Assembly (NCBI GenBank): GCA_965207385.1
Contig: CBDBLZ010000021.1
Coordinates: 641,205 to 705,204, forward strand
Direction: 5' to 3'
DNA length: 64,000 nt
DNA from: Rhodothermales bacterium
GTDB taxonomy: Bacteria > Bacteroidota > Rhodothermia > Rhodothermales > Bin80
The notes under the pieces were generated by a model. That model was not told where the DNA came from. It searched no databases and saw only the letters and a list, made by a program, of their open reading frames with translations. Every line of letters starts with the position of its first letter. Position 1 is the stretch's first letter. This document shows positions 30,094 to 39,776 of the stretch, piece by piece. The translations under genes and the position numbers were made by a program.

Positions 30094-31260
30094 ATGACGC
30101 CGCACGCATCCGTTTTCGGTGAGCTCTCTGTCCGGGAATTCCTGGGCGAATTCTGGCGCAAGCGGCCGCTGCTGGTTCGCGCCGCCTTGCCGGGACTCGC
30201 AACCGCGGTTTCACGTGAAGATTTGTTTGAGCTCTCTCGTCGGGAAGACGTTGCGGCGCGCATCGTGCTGGAGGAGGGCGGAGATTATCCATGGGAAGTG
30301 AGGTTTGGACCATTCGAGCGACGGGAGTTTGCGAAGTTGTCCTCCTCGCACTGGACCCTTCTGGTCCAGGAGGTGGATCGGCACAACGAATCGGCACAGC
30401 AACTCCTTTCCCGCTTCAGGTTCATGCCCAACTGGCGCCTGGATGATGTGCAGGTCAGTTACGCACCCGTGTCCGGAAGTGCTGGCCCGCATGTGGACAA
30501 CTATGATGTTTTCCTGATCCAGGGACAGGGACGCCGTAGATGGATGATCGGTCACGTTCCCGTGCCCCTGGACGCGGAGATTGCGAGTGACCTGGATCTT
30601 GACTTGCTCAAGGATTTTAAGCCCGATACCGAGTGGGTGCTGGAGCCGGGAGATATGCTGTACCTGCCACCGCGCTTCCCGCACTGGGGCGTTGCGCTTG
30701 GCCCGTGCATGACCTATTCGGTGGGATTCCGTGCGCCCGATGCCCGGACAATGGTGCAAGGCTATCTTGAGACCGCTTCCGAATCAGCCGGTCGCAGTTG
30801 CAGGCTCGAGGATGATGGAACGGACGTCAGCCTTGATCCCGGGTGCATTTCACCGGAGACTCTGAATCGGGTGCGTGGTATTGTGCGGAAAGCCGTAGAG
30901 GACCCAGAGGCTATTGATGACTGGTTTGGTTGCTTCGTGACAGAGCCGCAGCGAGGTTTCTATCCGGCGGAGCCCGATGTTGCCTGGACACCGTCGCGCA
31001 TAAGGCGTGCTCTAGGCCGCGGCCACCGTCTCGGTCGCAGTGCGATTGCCTATTTTGCCTACAGGCACGGACGCTCGGGCCCCGTTCTTTATGCCTGCGG
31101 CCAGCGGCACGACTTGTCCGAGGACATGGCGTCTACAGCTTCACTCCTTGCAGGCTCGCGCGTTCTGGATGCATCGACCTTCGGAGAACTCCTCGACAAT
31201 GCTCCATTCATGTCTTTGTTGGCAGACCTGGTAAATGACGGCTCACTTCGTGTTCTTTAG
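30094..31260 (+). CDS. roxA: cupin-4/JmjC ribosomal protein L16 arginine hydroxylase-like oxygenase
   Basis: 388 aa, colinear with E. coli YcfD/RoxA. Matching motifs: FLGEFWRKRPLLVR, WTLLVQEVDRH, GPHVDNYDVFLIQGQGRRRW, EPGDMLYLPPRFPHWG and YSVGFRAP. Confidence 0.8.
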   Translation: MTPHASVFGELSVREFLGEFWRKRPLLVRAALPGLATAVSREDLFELSRREDVAARIVLEEGGDYPWEVRFGPFERREFAKLSSSHWTLLVQEVDRHNESAQQLLSRFRFMPNWRLDDVQVSYAPVSGSAGPHVDNYDVFLIQGQGRRRWMIGHVPVPLDAEIASDLDLDLLKDFKPDTEWVLEPGDMLYLPPRFPHWGVALGPCMTYSVGFRAPDARTMVQGYLETASESAGRSCRLEDDGTDVSLDPGCISPETLNRVRGIVRKAVEDPEAIDDWFGCFVTEPQRGFYPAEPDVAWTPSRIRRALGRGHRLGRSAIAYFAYRHGRSGPVLYACGQRHDLSEDMASTASLLAGSRVLDASTFGELLDNAPFMSLLADLVNDGSLRVL

Positions 31261-31271
31261 CGGGACATGCC

Positions 31272-31832
31272 ATGACAAGTAGCTGGGATCGCGTGGGCTC
31301 TCGGCAGCGCGGTCAATACTCCATCTTTTCGGTTCGACACGACCGCAGCCGGTCGCCGAGAACAGGTAACATTCATGATTTTTATGTAATAGAAGCTCCG
31401 GATTGGGTGAACGTTATTCCCGTTACGCCGCACGGAAAGCTGGTGTGTCTGCGCCAGTATCGGCACGGGTCGCGCAGCATTTCGCTTGAAGTACCGGGAG
31501 GACTCATAGATGCCGATGAGACACCTGAGGAGGCCGCTTTGCGGGAAATGCGCGAAGAGACAGGCTATCGGGCTGACCAGGCTACGAGGATCGGGCGCAT
31601 GAGTCCCAATTCGGCCCTTTTCGGCAACCTGTGTCACTTCTTCGTTGCGTTAGACGTATTGCCGGATGGTGATCAGCGGCTGGACAGCGCCGAGGACATC
31701 GAGGTGGTTCTAATCGATCCTGGTGAAGTGCCGGGTCTCATTTTGGACGGTACCATCGATAATGGCATAATGGTGGCTGCCTTCCATTATTTTGAGTTGT
31801 ATTTGCGCGGGCCGCATAGTACTGGCACCTGA
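31272..31832 (+). CDS. NUDIX hydrolase (ADP-ribose pyrophosphatase-like)
   Basis: 186 aa. The Nudix box reads GGLIDADETPEEAALREMREETGY. Confidence 0.8.
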   Translation: MTSSWDRVGSRQRGQYSIFSVRHDRSRSPRTGNIHDFYVIEAPDWVNVIPVTPHGKLVCLRQYRHGSRSISLEVPGGLIDADETPEEAALREMREETGYRADQATRIGRMSPNSALFGNLCHFFVALDVLPDGDQRLDSAEDIEVVLIDPGEVPGLILDGTIDNGIMVAAFHYFELYLRGPHSTGT

Positions 31833-32686
31833 TGTTGTCGCCACACTCCGTTCGCAGGCGCTCCTTCGGCTCCGGCTCGCTCAAGGGGCGACGCCTGGAA
31901 ATTCACAAGCTGATTTTCGGGGGTGACAGCCCGCAAGGCAGGCTCTTTGACGAACTGCTCATAGTGGTCATCCTGGCGAGTGTGGCCGCGGTCATGCTGG
32001 AGAGCGTGGAGACGTTTGGGACGCGCTTCCATTCGGCTCTGATCTGGATGGAGTGGGGCTTTACGATCATCTTTACCGTCGAATACGCGCTGCGACTGGC
32101 GTGCGTCGGACGTCCGCTTCAGTACGCGCGAAGCTTCTACGGAATCATCGATCTGCTCGCCGTGCTGCCGACCTACCTGTCACTCGTGTTGCCCGGTGCT
32201 CATGCGCTGCTGGTCATCCGGCTCCTGCGAATTCTGAGGGTATTTCGCGTCCTGAAGCTTGTAAAGTACCTGACGGAAGCGGACTTCTTGCTTACGGCCC
32301 TGCGCAACAGCCGTCGCAAGATCACCATATTCATACTTGCGGTCCTTACACTGGTTACCATCCTGGGGTCGCTGGTCTACCTGATTGAAGGTGCCGAGAA
32401 CGGATTCGACAACATTCCGCGCAGTGTCTACTGGGCAATCGTGACCCTGACCACGGTTGGATACGGAGACATCTCCCCGCAGACGCCGCTCGGACAGGCG
32501 CTGGCAGCCGTTGTAATGATCATTGGCTATGCCATCATCGCTGTGCCGACGGGAATAGTGACCGCGGAGCTGGCCAAATCTCGCGATTGGGGAGCCGGGC
32601 AAAAGACACGCGTTTGCAGCCGGTGCTATTTTGCCTCGCACGGCAAGGACGCGAAGTTTTGCAGCAAGTGCGGCAAGAAGCTGTAA
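31832..32686 (+). CDS. voltage-gated-type K+ channel (6TM) with C-terminal zinc-ribbon
   Basis: 284 aa. S4-like segment VIRLLRILRVFRVLKLVKY. Selectivity filter TTVGYGD. C-terminal RVCSRCYFASHGKDAKFCSKCGKKL has two CxxC pairs. The ATG shares its A with the NUDIX TGA stop. Confidence 0.8.
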   Translation: MLSPHSVRRRSFGSGSLKGRRLEIHKLIFGGDSPQGRLFDELLIVVILASVAAVMLESVETFGTRFHSALIWMEWGFTIIFTVEYALRLACVGRPLQYARSFYGIIDLLAVLPTYLSLVLPGAHALLVIRLLRILRVFRVLKLVKYLTEADFLLTALRNSRRKITIFILAVLTLVTILGSLVYLIEGAENGFDNIPRSVYWAIVTLTTVGYGDISPQTPLGQALAAVVMIIGYAIIAVPTGIVTAELAKSRDWGAGQKTRVCSRCYFASHGKDAKFCSKCGKKL

Positions 32687-32893
32687 GTGGCACGGCCTGT
32701 AGACAGCCAAGACCTTCCTCGACCGCCCGGCTGTTCTACGCATGGCAGGCAGCGTAATCGGCAGCCGCTCTCAAGCGGCGCTTAGAGCAGCTCCTGACGC
32801 AGCCGGCACATTTGAGGCAGGTCCGCCTGGCACGTGCCGATTGCATCCACGGCACTGATTCAGCACAGTGCGTGTTACGGCGGCAGGTTACGG

Positions 32894-35464
32894 TTACTGC
32901 AGGACGATTTCGGAGGCGGGCGCGCGGTGATTGTACGAACTGCTCATAACCCGGCCATAGGCGCCGGCCGTGGCGATAAGCAGGACATCTCCTTCACGCG
33001 TCTCTGGCAGTCTACGGCCGCGTCCCAGTATGTCGCCCGTCTCACAAATGGGTCCCACCACGTCCGCCGTCATGGCCGCAGGCGCGGCCAGTCGCGTAAG
33101 GTTTACTATGGCATGGTACGAACCGTACAGGGCTGGCCGGATCAGGGAATTCATGCCGGTATCGACGCCGATATAGTAATGAGCGCCTTTTCGCTTTACC
33201 TGCGTAACGCGGACCAGCAGGACGCCGGCCTCCGCCACCAGATATCTGCCCGGCTCCATCCATAGAGCAAGTCCTTCGTGGGCATTCTTGAATCGCTCCA
33301 GATTTTCCCCAAGTGCTTGAAGGTCGAGGGGCAGGGTCCCCGGATATTCCGGCACTCCCAGGCCTCCGCCAATGTTCACGAGTCGCACCTCGGGAAAGAG
33401 GTCCACCAGGGAAGACAGAAAAAAAGCCGTTTCCGACCATGTTTCCGGCACGAGGATACCGCTTCCCACATGTGCATGCAGGCCTATGATGCGTAGGTCG
33501 ACGCTTCGGGCCAACTGGCGCAGCCTCGGCAACGTAGCGGGTGATACCCCGAATTTCGTCTGGGCTCCTGCCGTTCGCACGTGCTGGTGGTGGCCTTGCC
33601 CCCGACCCGGATCCACGCGAACAATGACCTCCCTGGACTCGAAAAGCTCGGGCCAGAGTTCAAGCGGCCTTACACTGTCCAGCGTAACGAAGCCTGCGTG
33701 CGCAAAACCCTCAGCGTATTCTTCCCGTGGCACGAGATTGGGCGTAAAGAGAATCCGGCTCGTCTCAAGATCGGGATAGATATCGCGGATGTGTTCGAGC
33801 TCGCCCGGCGAAACGCATTCGAAGCCGAGTCCGGCCCGGTGAAAGACGTCGAGGACTTCTCTTTGACCGCAGGCCTTGACTGCGTAAAAGCAGCGGTCAA
33901 TGGCCTTGATGCTGAGCAGCCGCTGGGCGCTGTCCTGCAGCGTGGGCGCATCATACACGAACGCCGGCGTAGGCAGGCGCAGCAATTCTGCGCGGCGGAT
34001 GTGCCACCATGGAGAGGTGACAGCGGGCATGTCCGCTTCCTGCAACTCCCGGTAGGTTGGGCCAAACGGACCCTGGGCGCCGACGGTGGCAAACACATGC
34101 GAGTGCAGCTTGCTGACCAGTCGCTCGGCATGCTTTTCGGTGACCACGAAGGTAAGGTTCAAATCGCTTGCCGCCTGCGTCACCAGCAAGACCTGCTGCT
34201 CCTCCAGTACCTGAAGCGCAGGGCCGAGCTCGTGCAGAACGCTTCGAAGCTGCCGGCCAACGAGACTGACGGACGCGCATGGACCGATTATCCTGGGCTG
34301 ACAAAGGGATTCAAGCTTTTGCATTAGGGCCTTAAGCGTTCCGGATTCCGGTTCAGCTCCACGGACGGGATCAATGGAAACAGTCACGTTTGATTCGGAA
34401 GTCGCTACCAGTCCGACGGACAGGCCGAAGCGCTCAAAGGCAGCGAAGATCCGGGCCAGGAACCCCACCTGGTGCCACATTCGGGGAGTTTCCATGGATA
34501 CAAGCGTCAGGCCGGTCCGCATGGAAATGGCCTTGACATGGGCTCCGTGCCCGGGCACAGAGTCTGAAATGAGCGTGCCCGGGCTCTCGGGGTTGTCGGT
34601 ATGCCGCAGATGCAGCGGAATTCTCTGGGCCCTTACAGGGTCCAGGCATCGGGGGTGGAGCACTTCAGCCCCTGTGCTGGCCAGTTCCTGCGCTTCTTCG
34701 TAGTCCAGGTAACGAAGGAGCCGCGCCGCCGGAATTCGCCGCGGATCCGCTGTAAACATTCCTGGCACGTCTGTCCAGATCTCCAGCCGCCGGGCCTGAA
34801 GCTTCGCTGCGAAATAGGCCGCCGACGTGTCCGAGCCTCCCCAGCCCAGGAGCACGGTCTGCCCGCGGCCATTGCCCGCGATGAATCCCTGGGTGAGTGC
34901 GATTTGGCAGCCACTCAGCTCTAACTGCAAATCGGGGTCCGGCTCAGCGGCGCAGCTGGCCGCCAGAAATTCCCGGTGCGCCGCCGTTCGGGGCTCATCC
35001 GTGGAGCTGAGCAGCGTGCGTGCATCCAGCCATGTTGTCGAGAGTCCCTGGCCGTTGAGATAGGCGGCAGCCAGGCGCGTGATCAGAAGCTCGCCGACTG
35101 CGAGTACGCGGGCGCGCGTCGCGGGACTGGATTCCGCAGTCAGGCCTATGCCAAGCGAGAGCCGGTCCAGCTCGCTCAAGTATGGTGCAAGGAGCTCTTC
35201 CCCATCCAGACCCAGGTGCCGCGCGAGTTCGAAATGCCGGGACTTGATCCAGCGCTTTTCTTGCTGGCCGTCGCCAGCCTGCACAGCTCGTATAAGTTCT
35301 TCCAGTCTACGCGAGACGTTGGCGAGCGCCGCAAAAACAAGAAACGGGCGCTCCCCGCGTGCAACGCATGCACGTATTATACCGGCAATCGTTTGCCACT
35401 GTGCGTGCGTGGCAACGCTTGTGCCTCCGAACTTGAGCACGACCCAGGAATCCACATTGGTCAT
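32894..35464 (-). CDS. bifunctional aspartate kinase / diaminopimelate decarboxylase
   Basis: ORF 32894..35614. The aspartokinase N-terminus is VVLKFGGTSV. The C-terminal half is a PLP-type DAP decarboxylase (FYAVKAC, HAHVGSG, EPGRYLVAEAG). The likely start is MTNVDSWVVLKFGG at 35464. Confidence 0.8.
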   Translation of the reverse strand: MTNVDSWVVLKFGGTSVATHAQWQTIAGIIRACVARGERPFLVFAALANVSRRLEELIRAVQAGDGQQEKRWIKSRHFELARHLGLDGEELLAPYLSELDRLSLGIGLTAESSPATRARVLAVGELLITRLAAAYLNGQGLSTTWLDARTLLSSTDEPRTAAHREFLAASCAAEPDPDLQLELSGCQIALTQGFIAGNGRGQTVLLGWGGSDTSAAYFAAKLQARRLEIWTDVPGMFTADPRRIPAARLLRYLDYEEAQELASTGAEVLHPRCLDPVRAQRIPLHLRHTDNPESPGTLISDSVPGHGAHVKAISMRTGLTLVSMETPRMWHQVGFLARIFAAFERFGLSVGLVATSESNVTVSIDPVRGAEPESGTLKALMQKLESLCQPRIIGPCASVSLVGRQLRSVLHELGPALQVLEEQQVLLVTQAASDLNLTFVVTEKHAERLVSKLHSHVFATVGAQGPFGPTYRELQEADMPAVTSPWWHIRRAELLRLPTPAFVYDAPTLQDSAQRLLSIKAIDRCFYAVKACGQREVLDVFHRAGLGFECVSPGELEHIRDIYPDLETSRILFTPNLVPREEYAEGFAHAGFVTLDSVRPLELWPELFESREVIVRVDPGRGQGHHQHVRTAGAQTKFGVSPATLPRLRQLARSVDLRIIGLHAHVGSGILVPETWSETAFFLSSLVDLFPEVRLVNIGGGLGVPEYPGTLPLDLQALGENLERFKNAHEGLALWMEPGRYLVAEAGVLLVRVTQVKRKGAHYYIGVDTGMNSLIRPALYGSYHAIVNLTRLAAPAAMTADVVGPICETGDILGRGRRLPETREGDVLLIATAGAYGRVMSSSYNHRAPASEIVLQ

Positions 35465-36130
35465 GCGCTGTCCAGACGATGACGCCGAATCGGTCGCCGA
35501 CATGCTGCTTGAAGATGCTTTTTCCACGCTGGCCGAAAAAGCTTTCCCAACCCAGCTAGCGCCGACTTTGTTCAATCTTGATCGGGACACGGATCCCTGT
35601 TGCGCCCGCACCAATGCTGCGGACTCGCGCCGGCACTTTCGGCGGATTTATCCTGACGCTACGTGTCTCGCCCGGAGTAATTCCTGCTGCCAGAGGCGCC
35701 GAGCCCATAGGGCTGCCGATTCTCGGGCGCGGCGGTTATGGCAAAGGCCCGGCTGTAAGCCTTTGTTTTAGATGGGAGGGCGGCGAGCTTCGTGCACAGT
35801 TCCGTGCACGCGCCAATTGGCGCGCGCCGAGATCTTGGCTTCCGTGCACTCTTTATGAGATGCGTTTGCTGCCGTTGTGGCAACGCGTCATGCGGACCGC
35901 AGATTCGTAAAATCCCGGATCCATCCCTTACTGCCAATACCGTTGAATTGACCGTGCCCCCGGCATGGGGCAAGTGAACGCCCGGTGGGTCCGAGTCGCT
36001 GCGCGGCAGCGCTCGACAGGGGCGCCGAGATTCGGGTCGTAGCGCCGTAGCGCGTTCGGACAGTCGATTGATCCACACCTAGCGGGTGCCTGGCTTGAGA
36101 ACAAAGCGCCGTGATTCGCCGCACCTGTGC

Positions 36131-37867
36131 CTAAACGCTCACACTGCTCGTACGGGTTTGACCGCGGACTGCGAGCCGAAACGCCGTCAGACTCTCGGCA
36201 ATCCCATCCCCGGCGTGACGGAATTCCTCGGGGATGGCGCGCTGGTGCGCCTTTGCACGTTGCAGCGCTTCCTGAACGAACTCGTCTGAAATCGCTGGTG
36301 TACCGTCAGACCCCGAACTGACTTCATTGAGCGATGCCAACTCCGATTTCAGGTACGCCTTGAATTCCCGCAAGACCGTCTGCTGACGCGTGAGCTTCTC
36401 GCAGTGATAGCCCATGGCGGCGAGGCGGATTGCCAGTGGCAACAATCGCGGATGCTCCTTGGAGACCTTGGCGATGTAGCGTGAAAACACTGGCAACTGG
36501 TTCGGTGTTAGGCGCCTCCGGATCCCCATGATGCTCAAATAGAGCAGGTGTTCGCTAACCGGTTTGTACAGGTGCGGCACCGGATTGAGATTTTCCAGGA
36601 GGGTCAGGCAGCGGTCGAAATAATTCTCCAGCGTTGAATCGTAGATGGTTCCGACGACCCGCAGGTATCCTTTCACCAGCGTCGCCGGATCCATCTGCGG
36701 CTTGAAGTTCAGGGCAGTAGCATCGATTTCGACGGGTTTGTCCAACAACCGGTTCTCACGTTCCAGCCTTGCCCACAGGTTCGTTCCCTTGAGCGCGGTC
36801 AGCAGCCCGACCAGCGCGATAGGAATGCCTGTCTCCTGTATGAATTCGATCTGGGAGTCGAAAGCATTGTCGTCGTCGTCATCGAGACCGAGGATGAAGC
36901 CGCCCATGACCATCATTCCCTTCTGCTGAATCTTGCGCACAGACGCGGACAGGTAGTTGTCGTTGCGCATGTCGAGGTTCTGGGGCTTCTTCATCTTCTT
37001 GAGGGCCTTCGGGTTGGGCGTCTCAATGCCCACGAAAACCGAGTCGAAGCCGGCATTGATCATGTTGTCCATCAGGTCGTTCATCCGGACGAGATTGATG
37101 CTCGCTTCGGTGAACAGCGAATACGGATGGCGACGCTCCCTCTGCCATTCGGCGATCACAGGCAGAAGCCTCGAAACCTCGCGCTTGTTTCCGATGAAAT
37201 TGTCATCGACCAGGAAAAGCGGTCCCCGCCAGCCCAGTTCGTACAGGTGGTCGAACTCGGCTACCATCTGCTCCGGCGTTTTTGTTCGGGACACGCGGCC
37301 GTACAGCTTCGTGATGTCGCAGAACTCGCAGTCGAACGGACATCCCCGCGAGAACTGCAGACACATCGAGTGATACTCGTTCATGTCGATGAGTTCAAAT
37401 CGGGGAACCGGAGACAGGGTCACATCGGGCCTTCTCGGTGCACGATAGACGGCGCGCGCGCTCCCGTTTTCCAGGTCGCGAAGAAAGGGGACGAAGGTCT
37501 CCTCGACCTCGTCGAGCACGAAATGATCGACCCCCTCTATCTCTTCATGAAATGTGGTCGGATGGGGTCCGCCGGCAATCACCGGTACCCGTGCGCGGTT
37601 GCAACGCTCTACGACCTGCTCGAGCGAGGGGCGCTGCGGAATCATGGTCGATGTGAACGCCAGATCCGCCCACTCCAGGTCGTCGTCCTCGAGTGGGGTC
37701 ACGTTGAGATCGACCACGCGCAGGGCGTACCGGGCCGGGAACATGGCGGCGAGGGTGAGCAGGCCGAGCGGAGGAAACGCAGCCTTGATGCCCAGCAGGT
37801 CCAGGGCGTAATTGTTGCCCCAGTAAGTAGGAGGGTGCTTCGGGTATATGAGGAGGGCATTCGGCAT
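36131..37867 (-). CDS. B12-binding domain radical SAM protein (DUF4070-type C-terminus)
   Basis: 578 aa. The N-terminal B12-like region reads PPLGLLTLAAMFP. The radical SAM cluster motif is SRGCPFDCEFCDITKLYG (Cx3Cx2C). Confidence 0.8.
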   Translation of the reverse strand: MPNALLIYPKHPPTYWGNNYALDLLGIKAAFPPLGLLTLAAMFPARYALRVVDLNVTPLEDDDLEWADLAFTSTMIPQRPSLEQVVERCNRARVPVIAGGPHPTTFHEEIEGVDHFVLDEVEETFVPFLRDLENGSARAVYRAPRRPDVTLSPVPRFELIDMNEYHSMCLQFSRGCPFDCEFCDITKLYGRVSRTKTPEQMVAEFDHLYELGWRGPLFLVDDNFIGNKREVSRLLPVIAEWQRERRHPYSLFTEASINLVRMNDLMDNMINAGFDSVFVGIETPNPKALKKMKKPQNLDMRNDNYLSASVRKIQQKGMMVMGGFILGLDDDDDNAFDSQIEFIQETGIPIALVGLLTALKGTNLWARLERENRLLDKPVEIDATALNFKPQMDPATLVKGYLRVVGTIYDSTLENYFDRCLTLLENLNPVPHLYKPVSEHLLYLSIMGIRRRLTPNQLPVFSRYIAKVSKEHPRLLPLAIRLAAMGYHCEKLTRQQTVLREFKAYLKSELASLNEVSSGSDGTPAISDEFVQEALQRAKAHQRAIPEEFRHAGDGIAESLTAFRLAVRGQTRTSSVSV

Positions 37868-37870
37868 GAT

Positions 37871-38490
37871 TCAGCCGGCGCGCGTGCTGCAGGTATGGCC
37901 GGGGACGCCGGCGCCGGGAATATCGCGTTCGCGCAGTCTCTTCATGTCTACTTTGCCGCGCCAGTCCGTTTCGAAATGAAGGGCGGGCCCGAAACGGAAG
38001 CAGAACACATGCCGTACCCAAGCAAGGTCACGTCGTTACATGCCGAGTTGCGGGTGGAAGACCAGATGTTCTTTCCGGCAGAGCGATCGGACGGCAGAAT
38101 CATGGATACGGCTAAAAAAGGGGATCTGTCTGCGTAAGTTCCCGGGTCCCGGTAGCTGTGGTGACCTCGCGGACCCGCTTGTGCCCCACTCGCGGGAGTG
38201 CAAAGACCATCGACTTCGTCTGCCATTGCTCTTCGATTCCGCCTACACGGTGCGCGGTGGATCGCGAAAACATTCTCGACGGCCGGCACGGCGTGCTGCA
38301 CATCGGGATCGGCCCCGGTCCCGGACTGCAAGCTATTCTCCAGAGCGGTCTGCCACGCTTTGGCAAGCGCGCCGTAAGGATACGAACCGGTGCCATAATT
38401 CAAGAGCCTCTTACCGTTCGTCCCACGATTGCCTTCCGTTCCGTGGATGAACCCTAAGAATGGCGGAAGGGAACGCGCCCTGCACGCCAT
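37871..38490 (-). pseudogene. possible frameshifted remnant of an adenylate-forming (ANL) enzyme C-terminal region
   Basis: Hand translation of the three minus frames gives three fragments. Frame A has ..AVPAVENVFAIH (compare YPAEVENVL). Frame B has VGGIEEQWQTKSMVFALPRVG (compare VGVPDEEWGERVVAFVVLRPG). Frame C has ..HFETDWRGKVDMKRLRE.. (compare the GKVDRxxL terminal motif) and ends 3 nt before the radical SAM ATG. No N-terminal adenylation core is visible upstream. This is motif-level only. Confidence 0.3.
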
Positions 38491-38819
38491 CCCACGCTCG
38501 TTGTGAGATTATATGCGATTACGCGGGATTGCGCAAGAACTCGCGGGAGGACAAAGACGCGTGGCCACTGCCATGCAATACCGTGATACCGAAGATTTGC
38601 AGCCACGCGCGGTCTGGGCTGTTTCTGGCGGCAGGCCCGAGGTCCCAGCAAGAGCTTCAGACTGCAGGCGGGCAGGACCTCTACATTCGCCGTCCTCCGC
38701 AATAGGGAACCGTGGAGTTCGCGGCAGGGATTCGGACCGCGCCGGATGGCTGATTTGCACCTGGCGGAAGTCCTTTGTTCCTTGCAGGAGCATTTCCGCA
38801 AGAAGCCGGAACTGGATGC

Positions 38820-39764
38820 ATGATGAAGCACCGGCGGCGCCTGGCGCTCATACCGGAACTTGAATCCGAGGGGTGGCACCGTGCGGCTGACCTGGCCAGC
38901 CGTTTCGGCGTCAGCATTCGGACCATCTACAGGGACCTGGCCGCGCTGCAGCGCGAAGGACTTCCGGTCATGGCCGTGCCTGGTAGGGGTTATCGTCTGC
39001 AGGCAGACTTCTTCTTGCCTCCCGTAACCTTGACAGCGGATGAAGCGGTGGTGCTCTTACAGGCCATCCACCTGGCAGACAGGCGGAGGGCGATTACCCA
39101 CCAGGCCGCCGCAGAATCGGTTCGCGTCAAGCTCCATTCAGGGCTGCCGGATCGGCTGCAAGAATCGGTACGGAGACTTGAAAACGCCTGGCAGCTGGTT
39201 CCGATCAACCTGTTTGACGATCCCGCGGAACTGATCGGCGTCGAGATCCTGAACCAGGCTCTCGTGGAGCGGCAAGCCATCCGTGGCAAATTGCGTAGCG
39301 GTCGCGCCGTAGACCTCGAACCGTACGCGCTGAGTCACGTCGGTGGCGCCTGGCAGCTTGTAGGCCTGGAGCGCGAAGGGGGTGTGGTGCGTCACTATCG
39401 ACTGGCGGACATTGTGGAATTCCAGCTTCTGGGAGACAGCTTCGAGAGACCGCCGGCTTATCGCCAGGTTACTGTGCCAGAGCCTGCCAGGGAGAAAACA
39501 ACCGTGCGCGTGCAATTCGGGCATCCGGCCGCATACTGTGTCAGACAAGTTCCCTCGCCGTACCTGGAATCCATGGAAGAACTGCCCGAGGGATTGATCC
39601 TGGTGCTGCAAGTAGATCGCGAGGCGGAACTCATGCCATGGCTGTTGAGCTGGGGGGCACATGCACGCGTATTGTCACCAGCCTCGCTCAAGCACAGGCT
39701 GGCTGCGGAGGCGGCCGCAATCGCCGATCGGTACAGGGATGAGCCGGTGCTGCTTCGAATGTAA
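38820..39764 (+). CDS. YafY/WYL-domain transcriptional regulator (HTH + WYL)
   Basis: ORF 38775..39764 starting MMKHRRRLALI at 38820. HTH segment ADLASRFGVSIRTIYRDLAALQREGLPV, followed by GRGYRL and a WYL-type middle region. Confidence 0.75.
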   Translation: MMKHRRRLALIPELESEGWHRAADLASRFGVSIRTIYRDLAALQREGLPVMAVPGRGYRLQADFFLPPVTLTADEAVVLLQAIHLADRRRAITHQAAAESVRVKLHSGLPDRLQESVRRLENAWQLVPINLFDDPAELIGVEILNQALVERQAIRGKLRSGRAVDLEPYALSHVGGAWQLVGLEREGGVVRHYRLADIVEFQLLGDSFERPPAYRQVTVPEPAREKTTVRVQFGHPAAYCVRQVPSPYLESMEELPEGLILVLQVDREAELMPWLLSWGAHARVLSPASLKHRLAAEAAAIADRYRDEPVLLRM

Positions 39765-39776
39765 GGGTAGCTTCTC

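Noticed and set aside
35691-35698. AGAGGCGC, the 5' core of lysine riboswitches, near lysC-lysA.
   Set aside because: It is on the plus strand, the wrong strand for the minus-strand lysC fusion. The remaining L-box elements do not follow it.
37871-37945. 24-codon ORF ending 3 nt before the radical SAM start, considered as a RiPP precursor.
   Set aside because: The frame is open upstream of its ATG and resembles the extreme C-terminus of adenylate-forming enzymes, so it is more likely a gene remnant. It is kept as an alternative in the corresponding finding.
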